Positions 50,641 through 62,299 of a DNA stretch of 64,000 nucleotides are shown here, one piece after another. The stretch comes from Strigamia acuminata (Eukaryota), in NCBI GenBank assembly GCA_949358305.1, contig OX442314.1, positions 22,444,001 through 22,508,000 of the forward strand, written 5' to 3'. The notes beneath the pieces are model-generated. The model did no database searches and was not told where the DNA came from. It was given only the letters and a program-made list of their open reading frames with translations. The stretch's first letter is position 1. Every line of letters starts with the position of its first letter. The position numbers and the translations under genes were made by a program.

Positions 50641-51800
50641 TGTAATGAGCTCAAATTTCACTATAAAATAATAGTGAAATTTCTTTCTCATTGGTGCCGC
50701 ATCGGGACTTATCAAAATTCTACTAAAACTCAACTCTAAAATCTTAACTGACTAATCAAAGAAGAAATAATCACTAATTAGTTCTTAAATAAAGGAAAAA
50801 GATTTATTCTTGGCTTGAATAAACTAATAGTAAAATACAATTAAATAATAGGAATTAAAGGTAAAAGTAATAATAATTGAAGGTGAAATGGCGAAAATAA
50901 TACAAAATAGCGGCGATGGCTTGTCGCTCGCTCTCGAACTTCGTTCTTCACTCGACGCTCGCTCTCGAACCTCGTTCTTCACTCGACGCTCGCTCTCGGA
51001 CCTCGATACTCGCTCTCGGACCTCAATGCCCGCTCCAAACCTCAAAACGGCGTCCAAACTTCACTCTTTACTCACGATGTTCATTCCTGGTTAAACCGGA
51101 CAAATTTCCGAATTCTTGGTGACTTGAACTCGGACACAATTCCGTTTCTTCTCTCTCAAAACTCGCAACAGATTCGGACACAATTCCGACTCTTCTTCCT
51201 TGATGACTCCGTGGTTGCGGCAAATTCCGCTTTATGTTGACTGGGACAAATTTCCCAATGAGGATTTCTCATCCAAACAATGGCTGCTTGGCAAGAATGA
51301 TGATCTCTCCAAACAATGGCTGCTTGGCAAGATGAAAATCCCACTGATGAATATGCTCAATCAGCAAGATAAATTTCCCACTACTGGATGTACACAGTAG
51401 CAAGAACTCCCACAATAACTTTATGTTATTGTAAGAAATGAGTCTCAATACTCAAGAACATCTCAAAACTGCTTTAGCAATTTGCAAGAAGGAGTCTAAA
51501 TACTCAGGCAATCTTTCACCAAATCCACTTGAAGAATTGTATTTTCCCAGGGTAGATTTTGTGACTTGTTGCTCTCAAAGTTGATTTCAGACTGAAGATT
51601 TTTTCTCATTCTCTGCAGGAAGCATTTCCTGTTACAGGAAGCTCATGGGCTGGTTGCCCTGGCAACCACCCTCATGTCTTCAAGTTATGCCAGACTTCCT
51701 GTTCAGGCATAAAAAATAAACTCAAATAAAAATATGAAATATATAAAATATTTCCAGACACATTTCTGTTCTTCATCTAGTGACCACTAGGGTCACTACA
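50641..51800 (-). repeat. 5' LTR of element 2
   Basis: Direct repeat of 44891-46050, adjacent to the PBS. Confidence 0.95.
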
Positions 51801-52132
51801 ACATTCGTGAATTTTTTGTGAGTATTGCAGCGAAGCTTACATTTCTTATACTCCGAGTTTGTTTCTTTTTCTCATTTTACAGAAACAGAAATTCCAGCAA
51901 TTTTGGAAACGCTGGAAAGAAGTTTTCACAGAAGTTTGTATATACAATTAGATATCATAATTCATATTTAAACATTTTTACTTTATTATTAAATTTATAG
52001 ACTGAAAAAGGTCGAATCCACCAAGTTTTTTCACTCAAGACAATTTTATACAAAATCGGAGTAGAATCTCAGAAAAATAGCAATAATAACCTTGATCTAG
52101 TAATTATTCCATCTTTTAATCGATTTAATTAA

Positions 52133-52315
<183 letters not shown>

Positions 52316-53099
52316 TAATAAAATCCACAAAACAAAACGCAACTGACGCTTAATTTCACAGGAAGGTAATGAGGAAGATGATGACATTGAAGACGATTTG
52401 GAAAGAAAGAAAAGAGAGAATTCCTATGATGATTTAGAGGAAGATAATTTCCAAGAAGACAAAGTTTTCGCAGAAAAGAAAGCCAGGTTAAGCGCGTATA
52501 TTGATACCGCTTTTGAGTCATTTCACTGTAAAGTCAAGCAAATTGTAAGTGTTTATTGAAATAGTTACCCATCCATCCATTATCCCCGTACATAATAGTC
52601 ATCTTTAATTTATTACGTAGAAAACAAACCAAGTTATCAAAAATATTTTTAAAAATATTATCGAGCATTCGTATGACGATGTAGTTCCTGCTGAGGTATG
52701 AGGATGACTAAGTATCTATAAAACACTTTTTAATATTGTCTATTTTATATATTTTAGATCGTGAGAGCTCTCTATACGTAGAAAAGAATATATATGAAAT
52801 AAAAGTGCATAAGTAATAATTTAAAGTGTGTAACTTCCGGTGTTTTTCTTACATATTTGTTAACTTAACCTTGAATATTTATGAACTCTTTTCACATTTT
52901 GTAAGTTGCGGAGGAAGTTGAAATAAAAAATGAACAAACAAGTTTCCTTTCCTTTTATATATGTAACTATGAAAATTCATAATTCATATTTCATGAGCTT
53001 TGTGGACGCACGTGTTAGCATAACGGATGCCACATGCACTCTATATAGACCAAAACATCGTCGCAAACATTTTACAAAAAATAAAATTGAAGATTTACG

Positions 53100-54775
53100 A
53101 TGAGATTTTTAATCTTTTTGCTTATAAATTGTCTCACTGTGTTTTGTGAAGAGGTAAAATCATTTTGATTAAAAAGTAGAGAGAAAAAGTTTAAAAATCT
53201 TATAATTTCAGAAAAAAAAGGGAGAAACAGACAAACACATAATATTCTCAGTATGTGAATATTACGATAACATTGGAAATGAAGTAAATATTATATTTTA
53301 ATATTTTGACATAAAATAATTTTATATTTATAATTTTAGGCAAAAAGAAACGAATGTGTCACCTGCCTGAAAACTTCATATGGATCAAGTGAGGTATGTA
53401 GAAACTAGAAATTATGAATTTATTTTTAAAAAAATGCTAAAGAATGTGTTTGATGTCAAATGTGTTTCTGTTTTCAAATGTAGAAACTTAAGTGTATTTA
53501 GCATTAGCAGCGAAGCTCAGGGGTAGCGTATTATAACATTTACTTTTTTTGGTGCAGGTTCCAACAGACAACTTAAAAAAATGCATCGAAGCACTTCCAG
53601 AACGGGTAAGGATATGTGTTATGAACATTAATAAAGCTCTCTAGTGGAGGTTTTATAAAATATATTTATTTCGGTATTAGTGTGTTTACTTATTTCAAAT
53701 ATATATTTTTTTTAGTTTAGAAAGTGTACTGAATCTAAGGTAATAAATAAAAATAAAGATTTGTATTATTTAAATTATCGTTAATTAATTTCAGACGATT
53801 TTTCCAACGTTTAAACAAGAAATTTTAAAATGGCGCGAGGTAAATAATTTTTTTGATGCGCTTATTTACTTAAAAAATTAATCCCAAAACTTTAGGAACA
53901 AAGAATTATATTTACTAAAAACCATAAAGACGTTCTAAGTTTTGTAAGTACAAACTACAAATTTAATAGGGGTAAATAAAATTAACAAAATTTCCACAAT
54001 TGTTTGTAGAAAGAAATCGAAACTTTGAGTCAAGTCGCTGCCAGTTTCTTCATGGCACATCACATGGTTAAAGATTTGCCAGCAAAACAAATAGAATCGG
54101 TTAGTTTTTATCAATATCTCAAAAAAACTATCTTATACTCCGTAATAATTAAGTTATACTATTTTAAAATAGCTAATAAAACCAGTTTATAAGTGTTTGG
54201 AACCAGGAATGGATATGTCTAAATTTGATAATGAAGTGATGAATGAACAAGATGTTGAAAATGGGGTAATGAATCTCTTAATAGTTAATAAAAATAAAAT
54301 TTACTTTTTTAAAATAACCATTTCAGTTAAATAATGATGAAGGCACGATGATAAAGAAGGGATCCAACGTTGTAAAGCGTCAGGCAACTGAAGTAATTAA
54401 TTTATTTATTTTACGCACCAAATCACATTTTATTTTACTCGTAATTTATATTATTACAGGACGATGTTTCCATTCGAACGAGAGTAAAAAATATGTATAA
54501 AAGAGTGGTTCGATATTACGTCTGCTCAATTAATAGAATTGTAACGTTAAATAAACTCTAAATTTGTTTAAATTAATCTTGATAATTCTCTTGTTCTCTT
54601 TTTAAGGGCGAAGATAAAGAAGCTTCCAGTATAGTCAAGGAGTACATGATAAAGTACGAAGGCATAGTCCCTGCAAAGGTAAACAGTAGTAAAGACATCG
54701 AAAATCGAACACCTCATAATTCAATCACATTTTTGTTGTTATTTGCAGGTGGCAAGGGATGCTTGCAAGTGGTAG
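53100..54775 (+). CDS. Orphan secreted protein, family B member 2 (13 small exons, all introns phase 0)
   Basis: MRFLIFLLINCLTVFC signal. Aligns to member 1 at ECxxC, CIxxLP, FxxC, (V/F)YxC, a dibasic site and Y..(I/V)VPA. Stop at 54773-54775. Confidence 0.8.
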
Positions 54776-55404
54776 GATCAAAATAAAGAAATTGGCAAAA
54801 TACTTTATGTAATTAAATTATTAAAGAAAGGAATAAAATAAAAATGGGCATCTATATCTAGATCGCTTCAGTTACTTTTTTTGATTCACACACATCTCAG
54901 ATCTCAAATGCTGCCTATAAGATGCGAGCTTAAAAATTTTAATTCTCGCATTTTATTGGTACGATTCCTACGCTTTGGTACTCTATTTAGATCTCCTGTG
55001 GTGCATTAGACACCACAGGACCACATATTTTGTTATGTATTTACGCAAGCATCCATATTATTTTACAACAATATTTTGGCTCAAACGAACATAACAACTA
55101 CGAGTATGTAACCGTGTTGCTAGGTTTCCACGCATAGCAACACAAGAATTAGTTATGAATAAAGTCAGTCGACACCCAAAATTTGACTAACTTAGTAACC
55201 ATCTTCATTTCTGCTGTGGAATTTAACACTACAGATTTTAAGCTGTTGTCAGCAGTGTCTGTCAGAATTGCATTGTCGCGGATATACCGACACTGTTGTC
55301 GCTCTGGTGTGTGTCACGCGAGGGCAGTGACGCGACTTTGGCTAGTTTCGCCCCGCCCCCCTTTATTAGCATAAAATTACTGGTGGCGCTGCGAGTGCGA
55401 GCGC

Positions 55405-57116
55405 GTCATGAAATATCAGTAAAACAACAAACGGCATTTGATTTTTTTTTCAAACTTTCATAATGCGTTGTGCAGAGAAGCTGAAAGTAGAAATTGTCCC
55501 CGAATTGACCAAAAAGTATTGCGGCGAAACCTGCATGCTTTTTACTATTATTATAATTATTTGCTCTGCAAAAGCTACAAATGGCGGCATTGTATTTTAT
55601 AACTAAACTACTTTTTCTACTTGCCAATAACCTTCGCCCCTGAGCTCTCAAAAGGTTTTGTTTATCCAGATCCACTGTTTGTTATTGTTACTCAAAATCC
55701 ATTGTTTTAAACTTTATTGTTCCAACGATGAAAACAATTAAAATACCACGTTAGAAACTCGTATCATTGTTTTCAGTTGCAATTGTTTCGCTGTATACAA
55801 GAATACCAGTCGGTATATCAGCCTGAAGTGAAGTTTTACAAAAAATAATTATATTGCATATTTATGGTGTAAAAGGAAGTTGGTATGCGTTTCCACAAAA
55901 GCACAGATTGTGTGCGTAGACCGACTGATAATGCAGATTTAGAATTTGCCACGGATGTTCGTCAACAACTGTTATACCCCTTAAATTTATTGTAAAAAAT
56001 TATTTGAGTTTTAGGATAACGAATAATTTTTGTCTGCATAGAACTCTGTCATTTGTACGAAAACCAATTTTGAAGTAAAAAACTCAGAACTATACCCATG
56101 AAGATTTTACTTCTTACCGTTGCTCTTGTTTACAGTCTGCAAACTCAGAACTCAGGTGGAAATGTAAGAATCCATTCTTCTTTAATAAAAATAGCTCATT
56201 TTATTCTTTTCTTTTATAAATTTAAAGTCCGATGTAATTACCGAATTGTACAACCTTTCGGATAAAGCCATCGATCTATTCATCAGTGACAACAGAAGTG
56301 TAATAAACTTACAAAAAAAGTGTAATTTTACACTTAACTTTTAAGTTTATTTATTCATTTCTACATATAGTACCATGCAATCTACGCTGGCTGTGCAAAA
56401 GCAGTAATATTTGGAGTATGTATTTTATTGAAATCGATTATAGTATTCTATTATGATTTTTAATATTTGTTTTAGGATTCTAAAGATTGCAGATTGGATA
56501 AATTCGAAATACCACAGGCCAAAGTCTGTCAAAACATCATAAATAACGTAACTAAAAAATCGGATTAATTCTCTTAACTTGCACTGGAAATAAAAAATAC
56601 AACATTTATTACACAGCTAGACGCAAAAAAATTATCAACAAATAATCTTCTTAACTACAAATCCATAATTGATCATGCGATTGTTTTCAATGGCTGGAAT
56701 GTTAATAAGGTCTACAATAAAATAGCAGTAGATGGAGAAATAGCATTAAGAAAATTGAAGACGTATTTCGATACTTTAAGCGTCAGCGTGTTGAGTCAGT
56801 TGATTTTTTTGTGAATATAATATTTACTGAATTGTTGTTATTTTTTTTTAGAAACACTTAACGATACTTTCTGTGCTGATTATAAAAAGGATTGTGAAAA
56901 AATCGAAGCTCAATATGATCAAGTCAAAAATTACATTTTTGATGTGGTATTTCCAAGCTTTAGAAAATGCATCAGAATACTTAAAAATATTTTTAAGTCT
57001 AAGTGGGTGCCATTAACTAATGCTTTTGATAAAGGTCTCCAATTGTGGGCTGGAGGTGGTGAGTTTGGTGGCCAAGTCATCACATGCTACCACGAACTAA
57101 TCACCATTGTAACTAG
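55405..57116 (+). repeat. Recent segmental duplication of ~42263-44067
   Basis: High nucleotide identity across ~700 bp of upstream DNA, introns and exons. Confidence 0.92.
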
Positions 57117-57153
57117 TGTGGCAAAGTGGTTTTTTGTGATTCAAAGGAATTAA
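56098..57153 (+). CDS. Orphan secreted protein, family A member 5 (recent duplicate of member 4)
   Basis: Same exons as 43049-44095, open throughout; new C-terminal tail beyond the duplication breakpoint. Confidence 0.83.
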
Positions 57154-58125
57154 ATATGGACAAAATGAGCATGACAACTTCAAAACTTACACTGAAGAAA
57201 ATTATGTAAACTATTTATTAAATCATGTTAAACAAGAAAAAAAAAAAAAAAAAAAAATGTTTCATTCGCCATCTCCCGGTTGACTCCTCTAACAATTTGA
57301 TTTAGTACGCAGTACCAAAATCATTCTATCTAATTCTTACACACTCAGCTAACAAACAACAAGGCTATACGAAATGGAAATAAGAATGACAGAAAATCGG
57401 AATACAAGTTAACTCAAGTTTTTCTAGTCAGTTATTTTCTAGATTCTTAGATTTTCACAAAAGCACTCTCGCCAAAACACACACTTTCACTAAAGTCATT
57501 TAGTTCTTACTTGTTAGTTTCAGGTCCCATACTTGAAGTTGGTGTTTTCATCTCATTTGTAGGAAACTTCAGTTAGTCTCTGCAACTGAAACCTTCTCGC
57601 ATTTTGGTTATAGGAAAATACTGTTCCTATTTTCTGAGTTCTTTGAGTTGATTCTATAGCACTGTGTCTGCCATAATCTAAAAACTAGATTACAGATCTG
57701 TGAACTAGATGTTCTCTCTGCTGTCTCCGCTGGTCAACGAACAAGCGACTAAGGACAGCATTCCTGTCGCTCTCCCATTGGTTAAGGTTAGGTTAGGTTA
57801 GGTTAAAAAGAAAATGTAATAATGTAATAATTGTATCTGGGCCAACACAGCCACCAGAGTAACGAAATAATGCTCACCGCACGCGACTTTTTGGTTTCAA
57901 AATGGCGAGGTTCGAGTCTTCGAGAGAATAGAGGCAGTTTCAAAATCCAAAGTTTTTCGTCTCGGTCTCCGAGCTTAGCCGTAGTTGTTTTGTGCCCCCC
58001 TAATTGGCGCCAGAGTCACCGTATGCCTCGTCTCTCGACTCGTCTTCGCATTTTGTCGACATTTGCCCACATGTTTATTAGTCCTAAGAAGAGGATTTTC
58101 AATTTCCAACTTCACTGAAGCGAAG

Positions 58126-60032
58126 ATGGGACGCCTGGTACTCGCGGAAGAGAATGTACAAAACTCGATTCATTCGTTGTCCGCTTTAAAGGAATCTCTC
58201 GTGGGTTTGGTCATCGGCCAGGTGAATTGAACGGACTCGGACCTTTGGCCTTTGGCCTTTGGGTCAACGAATGCGAATGATTATGATTAAATTTAAAAAT
58301 TGTGGTCGTTTGCAGTCAACCAGCCAAAAAGACATCGTGTGCCACTTGGCGCCGCTTCCGAAGGATGTAAACACGTCGGGGAACGAGAAAAAGAGCCAGA
58401 AGTCGAATAAGGCGGAAGCGAAGCAAATACACTGGGAGGATGAGGACGAGAAATGGATCATACAGCAAGCCAGACAAGTATCGAAATTTGATATTGTCAA
58501 CTAATGGGAGATGGGTTTGTTTCTATAATTGCTGGCATTGTTTGTTTGCAGGTTGTGCGAATGTTGCCAGGTGGATTAAACATTTTAGGCATATTTGTGA
58601 TCAGTCCAGCGGATGCCTTACCTGCTCAAACGTATCAAAAAATCAAACAGGTCGCGATGAGTGGTCAAGATTAAATTGTTGAAAATATTATTCATATTAT
58701 TCTTTTTGTTTTGCAGTTTATTTTAGCGGTTTTTAAGTTTTTGGATCGTAATGAATTCCAAATTTCGTCAAGCGCCGCGATGGATAAAGTGATTCTTCAC
58801 GTTTGTTCCACGAATGAAAAGTAAAGGAGAAGGGAATTGGAATTGGAATTGAATTGTGATGATTTGGTTTAATGTTAATTGCAGGGTGGTGGCCAGAAGT
58901 TTAGACGTATCAAATTTGCAGAATTTCATTAAACCTGCCGAATTTAAATATCAAGCGCACTCAACGTGGCATCGCTTAGATTGTCGCGTCGCCTTGGATT
59001 TTTCCTTTCCGTTCAACGCGGATCAAACCACGTGTTCGCTCCACAAGCAAATTCACGTAAGTTGTACATTTTAATTTAATTTAATTTAATTTCATTTAAT
59101 TTTTTTCTCGACCAGGCGGGGGTTTTGCCTTTTTTCACGGCGCTTAAAATGAGCATGGTGTCGGTGAACGGCAAAGTGCGAAAAGCGAACGAATTTTTGG
59201 AAGAAGCGACGAGTAAAACACAGCAGACAGCGAAGAGCAAGGAATCCGTTTCGAGCGAGAAACTTCACTCCGCCGACGTTTACATGCAACAGCTGTCCCG
59301 AATCGGCGACGAATCGGCCTGCGTGATCGAAGAATGCCAACTCAAGATGCAGCTGCGAGGAACCCTCCAGAGCCGCTCGTACGTGCACGCGCGAGCGACC
59401 GTGGGCGAAGCGGAAGAGGCCGTGCGACAGGACATCATTCGCAGTTTGATCGCGCGTTGCGAAATTCACTGCGAAGATCTTCTCTTAATCGACGAAGACC
59501 AACAGGACCCGAACGTAGTTCACGAACCGCCGCGCCGAGTGTTCGCCAACCTAACCGGAAGCGATATCACGGTCTCGGACTACCTATTTCCGGGCGAAAA
59601 AGCGAGGGATTCGTTGGCGGCCTACAAAGAATTGCTCGGATTGGATTTGACTGAAGATCAAGTGGAATTCCAATACGAACGGTTGGCGGGTAAATTGCAT
59701 TGTTCTTATTGTATTGTATTGATAGAAATAATTTTAATTTTAATTCTGTTTTTGATTAGAAGAAGGTGATTTGCAGCGGGTGCCGTCGGAGCGCGGCTGT
59801 TTGGTTCCGTCCACGTCCGACATTCTTTCCATTCCGGCGACATCGAAATCGACGTGCAACTTACTAGGTGTTGCTTCATCTACTTAATTTGATTTTGGAA
59901 TGTTTTTCTTGACGTTTTGTTTGTTTGTTTTTAGTTCTTCTGCTAACAATTTCGATGGCCGTTCTCGCCGTTTGCCTCTCGTATTTGTTAATTTGGTCGG
60001 CGAGCAGCGAAGACAGGTCGGACGAGAATTAA
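58126..60032 (+). CDS. ODR4: ODR4 homologue (ER GPCR-trafficking protein), multi-exon
   Basis: MGRLVL...GLVIGQ, RMLPGGLNILGIFV, DIIRSLIARCEIHCEDLLL, PRRVF, SDYLFPGE and a C-terminal TM anchor. Confidence 0.92.
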
Positions 60033-60141
60033 AGAAAAGTGAATGCCACGTTCGAATTTGATATTATTGCAAATATTTATCAATTACGGATAATTTTTTA
60101 CAACTATAAATAAAATTATTTTAATAAAACGGGGAAACTGT

Positions 60142-60230
60142 TCAAGAGTGTTCGTTTAATCCGGGTATTCTGTAGACGAATCGGTCTTTTTCGTCGTAGA
60201 CAGTGTCGCCGTGTTGGACTAACCGCTCTT
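60142..60230 (-). pseudogene. NGRN: Isolated 3' end of neugrin, tail-to-tail with ODR4
   Basis: Encodes VQHGDTVYDEKDRFVYRIPGLNEHS*, resembling the neugrin C-terminal G..YD..G.FLYR(I/V)PG motif. Frame is closed upstream. Confidence 0.6.
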
Positions 60231-60906
60231 CGGCGGATATTTATATTTTGAAACGTATTGCTGGTCATCATCTGCAGTGGATGACTGCTGGTCATCATCT
60301 TCAGTATGCTGGGTACTGTTTAATGATGCAGTACAGTTTCCAGTTGATGATTTACTCTCTTCAGTGCAGAAGTTTAAATCAGTGCATGTTTCACTTGTAT
60401 CATGTTGGTTTTTGTTTACTGAAGATGATACAATATGACCACTGTTTTCAAAGTCTTCATATGATGGAACTTCCTTCATATAGAAATTTCAAATCTTATG
60501 TATTATCAAATGTTATTAATTTTATGTAAGAAAAAAAGTTGTTTGAAAAATTGCCATTGTTTAAGTATCATGCCATCAAGAATTTTTAATGGTTTTAAAT
60601 AAATTTTTATGGACTTTTGATAGCTTTTTAATGTATTCATAAACCCGACATTGGAGCATTCGTAAACCAGATAAAACATGTTGTACTTCAATGTCAGGAC
60701 TGATTTCTCCGGAAGAATTACTGTGGCTCATCGCCGAATAAATAAATACACCTAGACCACCATAATAAAACGGGTTTCGTTGGTCGCAACCAGATTGCGC
60801 TGCTCGCGCATGCGCGTAATTAAAACTGCTGTTTTCTTAGCTTGAAAATAACACAAGGTTTTTTTGAACTGTATAAAGATCAGCATCCAAACTACACGAG
60901 GGCGCC

Positions 60907-61305
60907 ATCGAAATCGACTTGCAACTTACTAGGTGTTGCTTCAGTTACTTAATTTGATTTTGGAATGTTTTTCTTGACGTTTTGTTTGTTTGTTTCTAGT
61001 TCTTCTGCTAACGATTTCGATGGCCGTTCTCGCCGTTTGCCTCTCGTATTTGTTAATTTGGTCGGCAAGCAGCGAAGACAGGTCGGACGAGAATTAAAGA
61101 AAAGCGAATGCCACGTTCGAATTTGATATTATTGGGAATATTTATCAATTACGGATTTATTTTCTACAAGTATAAATAAAATTATTTTAACAAAAGGGAA
61201 ACTCTTCAAGAGTGTTCGTTGAATCCGAGTATTGTGTAGACGAATCATTATGATCCAGAAACTTGAAAACCGCTAAAATAAACTGCAAAACAAAAAGAAT
61301 AATAA
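60907..61305 (+). pseudogene. Partial third copy of the ODR4 3' end, followed by an inverted ODR4 intron/exon scrap
   Basis: Matches ~59842-60180. 61245-61305 is the reverse complement of ~58695-58755. The whole block is an inverted repeat of ~62089-62490. Confidence 0.85.
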
Positions 61306-62088
61306 ACTTATTCGGAAAAATTGTCTACATTTTTTTCCTCATCTCGTACGAAACGCACATTTCGTTGAGGTTTTGCTTCGATTCCAGTCTGTTTTCGGAA
61401 CATTTCAGCCGTCATCATTTCCGAATCGTTTTCGGCGTGTTTTGGATCTCGCAAACTTATTTCGTTCCGATTTCTCTGGCATTTCTTTCGTCTCCAATAG
61501 CAGCGACGTGAACATTCCTTTTTTGCTCGAATAGAGGTCCCGTTCCTCTTCGTGCCTCAATTCGGCTATTTCGCACTTTTTATTTGCATTCTCAATTTTC
61601 ACCGCAATCGGGCCTCCAGCTTTACCCATCTTCCGCCATCTTTCAGCGACCACTCGGTCGTGGCGACTTATTGCTTCCGATGTTGTAAGCACGAATTTGC
61701 TCCTTAATAACTTCTGAAATTCGAAATCAACGTAAATTCTAAACGAATTAATCAAAATGTTGAAAAGTTGAAAAATCACTTTGACGCCTTCTGGACCAAT
61801 AGGAAATCCTTTTGATATTTCTTCAACGGTCCACGTTTCGGGATCCGTGTGATGTAAATAACGGATTTTTGCCCACGTCAGAAGATTCATTTCCTGTGGC
61901 TTTTTGAAATACTTTCGCTCGATCGTTTTCAGTTGCTCGACTCGCTCGCGTTGATCAACTTGACTAAAAATTAAAATTACGATTAAAATTAAAAATTAAA
62001 ATGTGCACAATTGGATATATTTTTTTTGAGTTACGAACTCGACGCATCGGGCGATCAATGTCTCACGATCCACCAAAGCCGCAGCCGC
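61306..62088 (-). pseudogene. NGRN: Internal neugrin fragment, truncated at both ends
   Basis: LLTWAKIRYLHHTDPETWTVEEISKGFPI...KLLRSKF matches the neugrin core; two introns; bounded by inverted-repeat arms. Confidence 0.75.
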
Positions 62089-62299
62089 GTATTATTCTTT
62101 TGGTTTTGCAGTTTATTTTAGCGGTTTTCAAGTTTCTGGATCGTAATGATTCGTCTACACAATACTCGGATTCAACGAACAACGAACTTGAAGAGTTTCC
62201 TTTTTGTTAAAATAATTTTATTTATACTTGTAGAAAATAAATCCGTAATTGATAAATATTCCCAATAATATCAAATTCGAACGTGGCATTCGCTTTTCT

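Larger units (their letters stand above)
44891..51800 (-). mobile_element. Non-autonomous LTR retroelement (6.9 kb) carrying one 1430-aa orphan ORF (element 2)
   Basis: 1160-bp TG..CA LTRs with no differences seen (offset 5750), TSD ACAT (44887-44890 / 51801-51804), PBS TGGGGGCCTGG (50638-50628) and PPT AAAAAGGGGGGAAG (46064-46051). No RT/IN/PR motifs. Confidence 0.93.

Noticed and set aside
57781..57806. (TTAGG)n telomeric repeat
   Set aside because: Only ~4 units and internal; more likely a short repeat or TE remnant.
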